From Eledone cirrhosa (taxonomy: Eukaryota): a stretch of 64,000 bases of DNA. The notes under the pieces are model-generated. The model worked only from the letters and a program-made list of their open reading frames with translations, ran no database searches and was not told where the DNA came from. The DNA is taken from assembly GCA_964016885.1 (NCBI GenBank), contig OZ024742.1, forward strand, positions 144,832,001 to 144,896,000, in the 5' to 3' direction. This document shows, piece by piece, positions 1-10,926 of this stretch. Position 1 is the stretch's first letter, and every line of letters starts with the position of its first letter. The position numbers and the translations under genes were made by a program.

Positions 1-2510
1 GGAGAGGGGAGAAAAGGTGTTGGGGGCGGTGGAGGGAGTGTAGTGTACTGGTGTGCTTGTGCGTGTTTGGATATGAGTGTGTGTGGTAGTATTATTGGGT
101 TGGAACAAGGGGGTGGGGGCGGTGAAACTGAGGAGTGTATTAGTGGTGTTAGTGGGGGATGTGTGTGGGGGTAGGGTGGGGGGAGAGGTGGGTGGTCGAA
201 TGCCAAAGGAATAGGGGTGGGGAGTTCAGGCCGCGGGGTATGGGGGTCTGTAGGGTGAAGATGGTGTGTTGCTCGACCGTAAGGCGGGTGGCGGGTGTCC
301 CATGGCATTGGATGAGGCCACAGAATGTCCAGAGGAGCCAAAGTAGCGGGCGATGGGGGAATATCGCGGAGGTGCTCCGTGAACCGATCAGCCAGGCGAC
401 GTCCAGTCTGTCCGACGTAGGTTGCACTCTGCGTAGCGAAGTCCATAGACGAGGTTGGAAGAGGTGCAGTGGAAGGCGTGCCGGACAGAGAGAGAGTGGC
501 CGTTGGGACCCTGGAAGGTGGTGGTGTTGGTGATGTGGGGGCAGGTGTGGCAGCGAGGCCTGGAGCATGGAAGGTAACCGGGAGGGAAGAAGAACGTGGG
601 TCGGGTAGGGAGCTTCGGACGAGGAGGGAGCGGAGATTACGCGCGCGTTTGATGGAGGGGATGGGTTGGGATGGGAAGAAGGGGGAGGTTAGGGGTCGGA
701 CTGGAGGCATCGGAAGAATGGAGGCGTAGGGTGGAGGGGTGGTAGGTGATGGGAAGGGGAGACGGAGGGTGTAGGTGCGGGGGCATGGGGTGAGGGCGGT
801 GGAGTGGTGGACAGCACGGGCGCGAGTGATGGCGGTGTGGACGAAGGGGGGGGGGGACTCTCCGGATGAAATGGCTGACTAGAGAAAGGGCCTGGGACTC
901 GAAGTCAGTATCTCAGCTGCAGAGGCGGCGGATCCGGAGGAGTTGGGAGTAGGGAATGGAGTGTTTTGTGTGTGTAGGGTGGGAGGAGGTGAAGTCGAGG
1001 TAGGAGTGGGAGGAGGTGGGTTTGAAGAAGGCGGAGGTGGCGAGGGGGCAGTGTAAGGGGTCGATGGCGAGGAGATGTCCAAGAAGTGGACGTGGGTGGT
1101 GGAGATAAAGGTGGTGAAGTGGAGGGAGTGGTGGAAGGAGCAGAAGAAGGAGTGAAAGGAGTCAAGCTGTTCTCGGGTGAGGGTCGTGGCTCCGATGCAG
1201 TCGTCGATGTAACGACCGTACAGTTCGGACGTGGGGCCGTGTACTGGGCAAAGATTTGGGCCTCAACATGGCCAACGAAAAGGTCGAGGTAGTGCCGGAG
1301 GGCAGGTAGGACGTCGGCGTGGGGGATGACGGTGTAGAGGGACTTAATATCTAGGGTGAAGTGGAGGGTGTGTGGGCCGGGTGGAAAAGTGAGCGAGTCG
1401 AACAGGCGAAGGGTGTGGTTGGTGTCGGAGATGTTGGAGGGGAGGGTGGTGACGAGGGGGACGAGGATGGAGTCAATGCAGAGATGAGTTCTGTGGGGGC
1501 AGTTGCAAGCGGAGACGATGGGGCGGCCTGGGTTGTCGGGTTTGTCGAGTAGATAGAGGGGGTGCGGGGGTTGCGGATGATGAGGTGGGAAGCGGTGGGA
1601 GGGAAGAGGGAGGAGGAAACGAGGTGTTGGATGGTGGAGGAAACGTTTTGTTGGTAGAGGGGTATGAGGTCGCAGGGTAGAGAGCGGTAGAAGAGGGGGT
1701 TATGGAGCTGCCTGAGGGTTTCAGCCGTGTAGAGGTCAGCGCGCCACACCACCAAGGTGCCTCCCTTGTCCGCCGGTTTGATGATGATGTCGTCTCGGCT
1801 ACGGAGGGAGCGGAGAGCGAGGAGTTTGCCCTGTGTGATGTTATGCTGTTTGGAACGGCGGTGGAAGTCAAAGCGATTTACTGCGCTACAGCAGGCGTCG
1901 ACGAACGTGTCCAGGGTGCTAAATTGCCAGGATGCCGGCGTCGAAGACAATGGTCGTCGGCCCAGAGCCAGAAATGGGTTTGGGTCGTTCGGAGCCGGTG
2001 GGGTTTGGTGAAAATGTGCCTGTAGCTTGGTGATGGTGGGGAGGAGTGAGTGTAGCTTAAGGGCTTTGGTGGAGGTGAGGAAGGAGAAGAGGTTGTGGTT
2101 GAGGTTTTGGATGAAGAGGAAGATGGAGTGGGCGAGGAGGAGGTGGCACGCGGAGTTAAGGCGGTGGAGGGGTGGGGGTGAGTTTGTGGTCAAGGTTGCG
2201 GATGGTGGAGGAGGAGGAGCGGAGGGGAGTTGCGCATTAGGAGGCGCGAGGAACGAGTGAGGATACGTTGGGTGGAGGGGGAAGCGGAGGGGAGGTGTGG
2301 AAGCGCAGTCGGAAGCCAAGGGGGATGAGGTGGAGGTGGAGGCAGGGGATGAGGTGGAGGTAGAGGCAGCGGATGAGGAAATGGATGTGGCTGGAATGCC
2401 GGGAATGACGCCACGCGTTTCGCAATCAACCAGCTCAAGCTACGATCAGTCACGATCGGGTCCGAATTTGAGCTATAGATTGCAGAGTTGAGTCCGATCA
2501 TGATTGAACG
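1..2510 (-). mobile_element. Penelope-like retroelement (RT + GIY-YIG endonuclease), frameshifted; 3' end runs off the window start
   Basis: Minus-strand motifs in order: HIHFLIRCL..IPLGFRL (~2300-2400), DDIIIKPADKGGTLVVW (ORF 1351..2319), LDIKSLYTVIPH (~1320-1353), GRYIDDC (~1197-1217), and HAFHCTSSNLVYGL..C../YVGQTGRRLADRFTEHLRDI GIY-YIG-type domain (~360-480). Confidence 0.9.
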
Positions 2511-3220
2511 TCTTAGTCTTAGTCTTAGTTCCTCCAGTCCCTTGTGGAACATTGGGCGACGAGCTTCCTCCACTTGATCCTGTCACTGGCGGCCCTTCTA
2601 GCACCTCTCCAGGTAATTCCCATTTCCCGCAGGTCCATCCTGAATGTGCTCCGCCATGTTTTTCGTGGTCTTCCCCGTTCTCTCCTGCCACCTTCTGGTA
2701 ACCAATCCATGGCAATATGAGGAGGTCGATCTGCCGGCAAACGAAGGATGTGGTCCGCGAACCTTTTCCGGACAATGTCCCTTAACCTCTCAAATCCTCA
2801 CCTCCTCATCACTTCCTCGTTGCTAACTTGGTCTCTCCATGAAATTTTCAATATGGTCCGAATGCAACGACGGTGGAATACATGAAGCTTGTTACATACC
2901 CTTTCCGTACTCTTCCATGTCTCACAGGCATATATCGCTGTTGGTACTACAATGGCCATGTAAACACGGAATTTGACGGCGTTGCCGATGGAACACCTGG
3001 ATCATACCGGACGGAGTCGCTGGAAGACCGCCGCTGCTTTTCCCAGCCTTGTGCGCACATCCACCTCAGCATCCCCATCGTCAGAGATGTTGCTGCCAAT
3101 GTATTGGAAGTGGTTTACACATTCAATGTTACGCTGACCAACCATGATGGGAGGATTTGAAGGGTCACCTGTCGACATGGTCTTGGTTTTTTCACAACTG
3201 ATGCGCAAGCCAACTTTCAT
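2511..3220 (-). mobile_element. RTE-clade LINE, 5'-truncated 3' fragment nested in the Penelope 5' region
   Basis: KVGLRISCEKTK..FQYIGS..DVRTRLGKAAAVFQRL (3002..3220) and WLPEGGRRERGRPRKTWR..W..A..R..W (2525..2740); (ACTAAG)n tail at 2511-2529. Confidence 0.85.
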
Positions 3221-3479
3221 TTGATCGTACCTTTAGCTAATAAATTGCGAAACGCCCGTCACGGGGCGATAGAATATGAGCGTGATGCTAAAATGATAGT
3301 TTCTACCCGTTTACTTAATATTAAGACTCTCCATGTTACGGATACCAAAACCGATGTCGACACAAGCGACGAATCCTACATTGATAACTGCATCCAAGTA
3401 ACAGCATTGCGAGCTTAAAGTGACGAACATTACACATAAAACGAGCTTAAAGTATCTGAACATTACACATAAAACAACT

Positions 3480-3528
3480 ACATACACACACACATACACA
3501 TATACATACATATATGCATACACACACA

Positions 3529-3618
<90 letters not shown>

Positions 3619-3669
3619 CACACACACACTTACACACACATACATACATATATACATACCCCCCCCCCC

Positions 3670-3711
<42 letters not shown>

Positions 3712-3725
3712 TTACACACACACAT
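3480..3725. repeat. compound (CA)n/(TA)n microsatellite
   Basis: Visible directly in the sequence. Confidence 0.95.
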
Positions 3726-3740
3726 ATATTTCTCATTTTT

Positions 3741-3775
3741 TCTTCTGATGAAGGACTAACGTCCGAAACGTTAGA
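3741..3775 (+). ncRNA. minimal type I hammerhead ribozyme (Penelope pLTR type)
   Basis: CTGATGA-A-GGAC-taac-GTCC-GAAA-CGTTAG; palindromic AACGTT in stem III, as in dimerising PLE HHRs. Confidence 0.75.
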
Positions 3776-3946
3776 CCCCCCCCCCTCCACTGTCATGATA
3801 TATCAAGCGTTAACCTAATATATCCCTTCCATATACTGTGTTGTTATTTCTGTTTACCTTTTACATACATATATATGTATATATATATACAAATATAAAT
3901 TAGCGAGAATCGTATTTCAGCTCAGGAATTAACGAAAAACAACTTC

Positions 3947-4030
<84 letters not shown>

Positions 4031-4263
4031 GATCGAGTATCGAAAAATCGGCGCACGAGTTCACGATAAACAATATTCGAAATGAGCGGCAGAGGGCTCA
4101 ATAATTCAGATGAATCAGAGCTATAACTATCGTTAAAATACCGTCACATATAGAACAAGTCTACAATCAACCATACGATAAAAAATCGATAATAGAAGAT
4201 TCGGGACAAACAGATAAAAAATATCAATAAAACAATACATCAATATATATATATATATATATA

Positions 4264-4297
<34 letters not shown>

Positions 4298-4310
4298 GTG
4301 TGTGTATGTC

Positions 4311-4404
<94 letters not shown>

Positions 4405-4696
4405 TCGAAACAGCTTGAGCTCTGCCGTCGGGGTCATACATTTTCCTATTACCCACTCTACTACCCTAAGTATTGGGTACTCTGGTGCGTTATGGTCCAT
4501 CTGGTTCCTTACCATAACTCCTTCGTTATATATATATATATATAACTCCTTCGTTATATATATATATATATATAACGAAGGAGTTATGGTAAGGAACCAG
4601 ATGGACCATAACGCACCAGAGTACCCAATACTTAGGGTAGTAGAGTGGGTAATAGGAAAATGTATGACCCCGACGGCAGAGCTCAAGCTGTTTCGA
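4405..4696. repeat. ~125 bp inverted repeat around a (TA)n spacer
   Basis: 4405-4530 is the reverse complement of 4571-4696; an extra ATAACTCCTTCGTTA copy lies at 4542-4556. Confidence 0.9.
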
Positions 4697-5430
4697 CGGC
4701 TATTTCTGGACTTTATATATATATATACAAGATATGAACCGTTGTCTGACGCCGTTTTTTTTGTTTCTTTGTACTTCCAAAGTAACCGAAACCTACTTTC
4801 GTTATTGTTGTATATATGTTTAGGACGTGTTGTTACTTCGTTCCATTATTTTACGTTATAAAAGTACCAGTAATGTACTGGGTTATTGCTAGCCTTGTGC
4901 CAAAAGTAGAAACAATTATTTTACGTTGGTATCTAAGAATTTGAACGCATCAATATTCAGCGAGGATTTTTTTTTTAAATGGTCACGGTGAGTCACGTGA
5001 TGCATGTTTCATCTGTCCTTCGCTCTCCTAAAAAGAAACAAGAATTTAAAACCGTGTCTACTAGTTGGCAACTTTTGGTTCTCATGAAGAGTGTATATGG
5101 AGGTTATTGTAAATATTTGTATTAGGAGTAAAGTTCAGTGTTGGCCTGATATCTTTGATACCGGGATCATTGAGTTTGACAATTCCATTTATTCATATAC
5201 ACTTTATTAATTAGCATTATTTCACACTTATGAAATCAAATCTATTCTATATCTGAGAACCTTCTATAGCCCTTAACCCGTGGTGCTTTTCATTACGTTG
5301 CGTTGACACCAGTTTACTATAAATAAACACCTTATAATCGAAACCCATTTCTTCGTGTATTATAAATCGTTTGGATATTCTTCAATATAGAGAACATCGT
5401 GCGCACAAATATATATATATATATATATGT

Positions 5431-5448
5431 ATATCATATGTAAATGTA

Positions 5449-5534
<86 letters not shown>

Positions 5535-5552
5535 TACATTTACATATGATAT
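5431..5552. repeat. perfect 122 bp palindrome centred on (AT)40
   Basis: ATATCATATGTAAATGTATGC-(AT)n-GCATACATTTACATATGATAT. Confidence 0.9.
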
Positions 5553-5682
5553 GCCTCGCACTACTATTCTGACTAAAGAAGTTAATAGATGAAGTAAATT
5601 AATAACATACACCACCTAGCCAATATCAAGATTATCACACAGTACAAACCAAACATTGTAGTTGTCGCATATTATTAACATA

Positions 5683-6070
5683 GGTGGATTGGCTGTATCA
5701 GTAGAGGGTCGGACGCCATGCTTTCCAGCATAGTTACGTCCCTTTACGATCTGAGTTCAAATCCCGGCAAGGTTGACTTTGCCTTTCATCCTTACGGGGT
5801 CGATAAAATAAAGTACCAGTAATGCACTGGGTTATTGCTGGCCTCGTGCCTAAAGTAGAAAAATTATTAACATATATACAAGGGCGGTGGATTGGCAGTA
5901 TCAGTAGAAGGCCGGACGCCATGCTTTGCAGTATAGAGTTACGGCCCTTTACGGTCCGAGTTCGACTCCCACCGTCGTCAACTTTGCCTTTCATCCTTAC
6001 GGGGTAGATAAAATAAAGTACCAGTAATACACTGGGTAATTGCTGGCCTTGTGCCAAAAGTAGAAACAAT
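5683..6070 (+). mobile_element. two tandem copies of a tRNA-derived SINE (Meta/MESC-like core)
   Basis: A-box-like TGGC(A/T)GTATCAG, B-box GAGTTCAAATCC, core TTTGCCTTTCATCCTTACGGGGTCGATAAA..GTACCAG, tail GGCCTTGTGCCAAAAGTAGAAACAATT; ATTATTAACATA at 5671, 5863 and 6069. Confidence 0.85.
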
Positions 6071-6739
6071 TATTAACATATATATACTTTTTTGAAGTAC
6101 TTTAATTGTCAGACGGTTGTGAAATTCAGTCGTTCAATTTCTAAATAATTCTATCTGGAACAATCATCAATTCATCCCATTTCAACCTGAATGATCGACT
6201 CTAGTTAAAGTTTAGTATGTTATACTGTGCTTGTTGAAGGGATTATTTACTCACACATCATTTGTATATATATATATATACAGATACAATTTTAGAACGG
6301 AATAATTTTTGTGTAGGTTACACTTTACACGATAAAAGGAGGAAAATATCATGTCTAGAAATGTTTGAAATCAAAATGGAATTGTACGAAATAGCATAAA
6401 ATATTAGTAGCATAGTTCTACATGAAATTGTATAAACAAAATTTCATAGCGGTGATAACACAGAAAGTTCATTTAGGATATAGAGAAAAATACAAACCCG
6501 ACCAGAAGACTATTATATAAAAGAGTATATAGAAAAATATATTAACAATTCTGTCTGGAATATAAATATTTCTTTCCATTTTCGCACTCATCGTAACCAT
6601 ATATGCAATGGACGCGCATAAAACGTTTGAATAACTCAACCGTCGAAGCGTTCGATTTGGAAAGTGGGGTAAAATAAAAGGAGAGTAAAGCGCGCACACA
6701 CACAGACACACAATCACACACAGACACATGCAAACACGA

Positions 6740-8095
6740 CGTTCATTCCTACACTAATCAAACCCTTGCCCTGTGCAAACCCGCAGCCGACATCACATCA
6801 GCATCGCAAAGCTATTCCCCACACACTTTCCAGATGCCAATCAGTGTTTCAGCACGAGTGACAAAATATCAACACCAAAAGTTGCTGAACAGCGCTCCTA
6901 TCCCTGCTTGCCCGCCCTAAACCACACCCTCACAGGGAGCTACTAGCAGCACATCCGCCACTATCGACAGGCGGAAAAGAGGCCGGAAATGTTCAGAGTG
7001 CAACAGTTCCCATCACCTCTCTTGTGACGGCCTCACACATCGAACCTCAATCAGGCTTTCAACTTGAGGATGCAGCAGCTGAATCTTCTCCAGATGACAT
7101 AGCATGCCTGTCCGACACCCAACCCTCACTAGTCAAGGCTGAGACAACTTCATAAGATCCTCCTCAAGATTCTGAAAACAGGCTGGGTGCCAGTGGCCGA
7201 TGATCTCGCAGGCTCAATCGGCAAAGCCTTGGACTCCGATCGATTGGAAGTGATTGTTCGCCCACAGTTGCTCCAACTCTGGTGCTGATTGAGATGGCTT
7301 GCCGACAGAGGCCCTGGTCAAGGCCAACATTTCGACCTTCGGGGCAGATGTCAATATTCAGTGTGTCTGATCAGGCCACATTCCATACATTCATGTGTCC
7401 GCAGTCCTCCACTCCTGATGCCAGCTTAAAGCGTTATCGCTTGGTATATCTCGGTTGCCGTCAGAGAAATTGCCCCTGACGACACTGTCCTCTACCACAC
7501 CGAAGGGGTCTTGGCTACTCTCCGGCTCAAACATCCTGAGCCACCTGTAAACCTCAGACACATACAAACACCTGATCGCCAACAACTTTACGTGGCCTCC
7601 GACGAGGATATTATACTCTGAGGTCTTTCCTTGCCTGCAGCGACGGAGGCACCGATGGTCTCCGACCCAGCCATCTCAAAGACTTAGTGTGCTGTCTCAC
7701 TGCCGAAGCTGGGCACCACCTGATGAGCGCCAATGAGACCCTCACCAATAGGTTCATACACGATGTCCTGGACTCTTATTCCCGAGGCCTCTTCATTTCG
7801 GCCCACCTCACCACTCAGGAAGAAAGACAGTTGAATATGTCCGCATCGCGGTAGGAAATGTTTTCCAGAGATTCGTAGCCAAGATCATTTGCAAGTCTGT
7901 TGCACCTGAGCAAGTCGAGAATCTCTGTCCGGTACATCAGAGAGTCGGCGTGGCTAGCGGGTGAAAGGGAGCCACCCATACTGCTAGACAGTTCATCAAT
8001 AACTGTGCTCTCGGGCCGGTGCCGAGTAATTCCAGGCATCTCATCGTCAAGATTGACATGATAAACGCCTTCAACTGTCTGCACCACGACCATTG
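6740..8095 (+). mobile_element. decayed CRE-like (RLE-group) non-LTR retrotransposon fragment
   Basis: GC-richer island; broken frames give DGGTDGLRPSHLKDLV (~7643-7690), ATHTARQFI and HLIVKIDMINAFN (~7970-8075), resembling CRE-clade RT motifs. Confidence 0.6.
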
Positions 8096-8127
8096 TATAT
8101 GTGATGCAGTACAGTGCTCGGATTCTC

Positions 8128-8420
8128 AAGTGGATTAAGTCTGATGTTTATGAGATGGACTGCAGACCAAGAAAAATGATGACCATGCATAAGACATTAT
8201 ATCGAAAAGCAAGTTTAAATCAGATGGACGTGAAACACACAACTGGATGAAGGGGACTGATGAATGTTACAGAATGTGTCGAGAATGAGAAGTGGGCCAA
8301 TACTTTCCAACCTAAAAAATAGTAACTAAAAGCTGTTAATGTACGCCTCAGCATTAATGTCACTAGAAAGGAGAAAGATAAGAAGTGCAATATATTGAAC
8401 ACCTTGATATAAGTTCTCAT
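8128..8420 (+). mobile_element. decayed R4/Dong-like non-LTR fragment
   Basis: KWIKSDVYEMDCRPRKMMTMHKTLYRKASLNQMDVKHTTG*RGL resembles the R4/Dong thumb motif (LDRKTRKLMTMHG..HPK.DVDRLY..R..GGRGL). Confidence 0.5.
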
Positions 8421-8600
8421 AGCAATCTAATCGATACGACTTATCAGCACAGGATATAAATCTATTCAATGGACTATCTTTACACAACTCGGTTCCAGGA
8501 TTGGGTGGCCTTCTAGCTCTACTCCCTAAATCCTACAATCCGAGCCTTCATAGTTTCCTAAAGTTATTTTAACGCTGGAAAGATTAAAAGAAGTAATAAT

Positions 8601-8993
8601 AATTGTTTCTACTTTTGGCACAAGGCCAGAAATTACCGAGCGCATTACTGGTACTTTATTTTATCGACCCCGTAAGGATGAAAGGCAAAGTTAACCTCGG
8701 CGGGATTTGAACTCAGAATGGCAAGGGCCGTAACTCTATGCGTCAAAGCATGACGTCCAACCCTCTACCGATACTGCCAATCCACCACCTCTTGAAGTAA
8801 TAATTGTTTCTACTTTTGGCACAGGGCCAGCAATTATGCCAGTACATTACTGGTACTTTATTTTATTGACCCTGTAAGGATGAAAGGCAAAGTTGACCTC
8901 GGTGGGATTTGAACTCAGATCATAAAGGGAGGTAACTCTATGCTTCAAAGCATGGCGTCCAACCCTCTACCGATACTGCCAATCCACCGCCCT
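8601..8993 (-). mobile_element. two tandem copies of the tRNA-derived SINE
   Basis: Reverse complement of the SINE at 5683; GAAGTAATAAT at 8590, 8794 and 8994. Confidence 0.85.
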
Positions 8994-10353
8994 GAAGTAA
9001 TAATAATACTGATTCATATAGGTGATAAATATTGCACATTCAAAAAGTATTAAGAAATATGATATCCAGAAATGGTGTAAACTATTTTGTCAAACACACT
9101 TTTTTATTAACACCCAAAACGGCTTATACCTCAGAAAAACTAACTGGCACGGCTTCTACAACAGCCCAGCTTATACCACCAGTTGATCTCTGATTTTCTG
9201 AAAGAGCGGTCAAATGGTGGAGACTAACTGAGTCTTATCTGAAAAATCTTTAGTAATAAATGAAGTGCGCCTAGACATGATTCTAGACCCCCTTTCGTTT
9301 CTCATAATGATGTCAGAAACAGACAAACAATACTATCGACCACACCCAGCAGCTATGCATATGACATTAAAGTCATGCTAAATAAGAAAACAAATGAGTA
9401 TATATATTTATTTCAATAAGATCTAGACGTCATATACATCTGTAGTTTAAAGTTACAAAATTTCATTTGCTCCAGTACACAAAGTGGATCTGTGTTTTGC
9501 TTGCTCTAAGCAAGGAAACTATTCAAAACTTTGAATTCATTCGTCACCTGAACTAAGCTATGTCTTTAGATATATATTTGTCTAAATATATTCACAGACT
9601 ATCAACAACCTGTTGAAAGTTTGTTAGACTGGCGCTGAGATAATTAACTATGATACACCTGGCACAGATGTCAACTCTCTGGAAATGCCTTGTTTTCTGC
9701 AAACAACTAGTGTAAGCTAACAGCCAGATATAAACTATAAACCGAGCAGATTGCAGAAAAGCATTCTTCAAATGAGTAAACAAAGTCGATGACCTTAATT
9801 AATATGAACGTCAATGCACATTACGTCTCTACTCTATGGAACACCAGAAGTGGTGATATGCAATCATGTTTCTATGAGATATTATTGAAAATGTAAAAAA
9901 AAAAACGAAAAGAAATGAGTATAACTGTCAAGTCCCAACACTCCCTTCCTACATCAAAACCTATACAGCAACAATTTGCTTTCAAATGCTTTTAGTTGTT
10001 ATAGGAATGTATTCCAAAAGGATTACGAAAACTAAAATGTCATGAGACATTTAAAAGGTATCAATATGTATTTTTCACTAACATATCGGATCAGCCATCC
10101 GCAAACAACTTCAACTAAAGCAGAGCAACCTTTACAAATCCTTCATTCCATTAAGTCAAGATACTGCGTAGATTGAAAAACCCAAGAAAAACAGTGGACG
10201 TATGAATATACAAAGAGAGAACACAGATGATAAAGTCAACACAGACAACGTAGTACAGTCAATTGCTAATGTAATGCCCCATCATAGCCTTGACCACCGT
10301 GGTCTCTGACACAAGTGAGAAACCAGTGAAGAATATGTAAACACGCACAACGC

Positions 10354-10411
<58 letters not shown>

Positions 10412-10552
10412 GTATATGTATGTATATATATTTATGTATGTATGTATACGTATATATATGTGTGTGTGTGTGCGCGCGCTTGTGTGGATCCCGGGTTCAA
10501 TCGGGGGTAACCACAGTAAGTAAGGTACTCACTACATAGTAGAGTATATAAT

Positions 10553-10740
10553 TGTTTCTACTTTAGGCACAAGGCCAGCAAATACCCAGTGTATTACTGG
10601 TACTTTATTTTATCGACCCCGTAAGGATGAAAGGCAAAGTTAACCTCGGCGGGATTTGAACTCAGAATGGCAAGGGCCGTAACTCTATGCGCCAAAGCAT
10701 GGCATCCGACACTCTACCAATACTGCCAATCCACCGCCTA
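10553..10740 (-). mobile_element. tRNA-derived SINE with 15-bp TSD
   Basis: Full SINE; AGTAGAGTATATAAT at 10538-10552 and 10741-10755. Confidence 0.9.
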
Positions 10741-10775
10741 AGTAGAGTATATAATGTTTAATGGCTTCTACGGGA

Positions 10776-10808
10776 CTAGAACTGTTTCATTCGAAGGAAA
10801 TCATCAGG
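10776..10808 (-). ncRNA. hammerhead ribozyme-like motif
   Basis: Minus strand CTGATGA-T-TTC-cttc-GAA-T-GAAA-CAGTTCTAG. Confidence 0.55.
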
Positions 10809-10872
10809 AAAGCCTGATTTCCTTCGAATGAACCAGTTCTAGTCCTGTAGAAGCCATTTCTATATTAAACAT

Positions 10873-10908
<36 letters not shown>

Positions 10909-10926
10909 TGATAAATAAATAGATAT

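Larger units (their letters stand above)
10486..10877. mobile_element. short non-coding PLE-type fold-back element with HHR, interrupted by a SINE
   Basis: Inverted arms ~10748-10808 / 10813-10877; related copy at 32172-32385; microsatellites on both flanks. Confidence 0.55.

Noticed and set aside
9592-10330. Possible host exons in unique sequence (also ~39690-39850)
   Set aside because: Short frames with no recognisable domain or convincing splice-site pair; cannot be excluded without RNA-seq.
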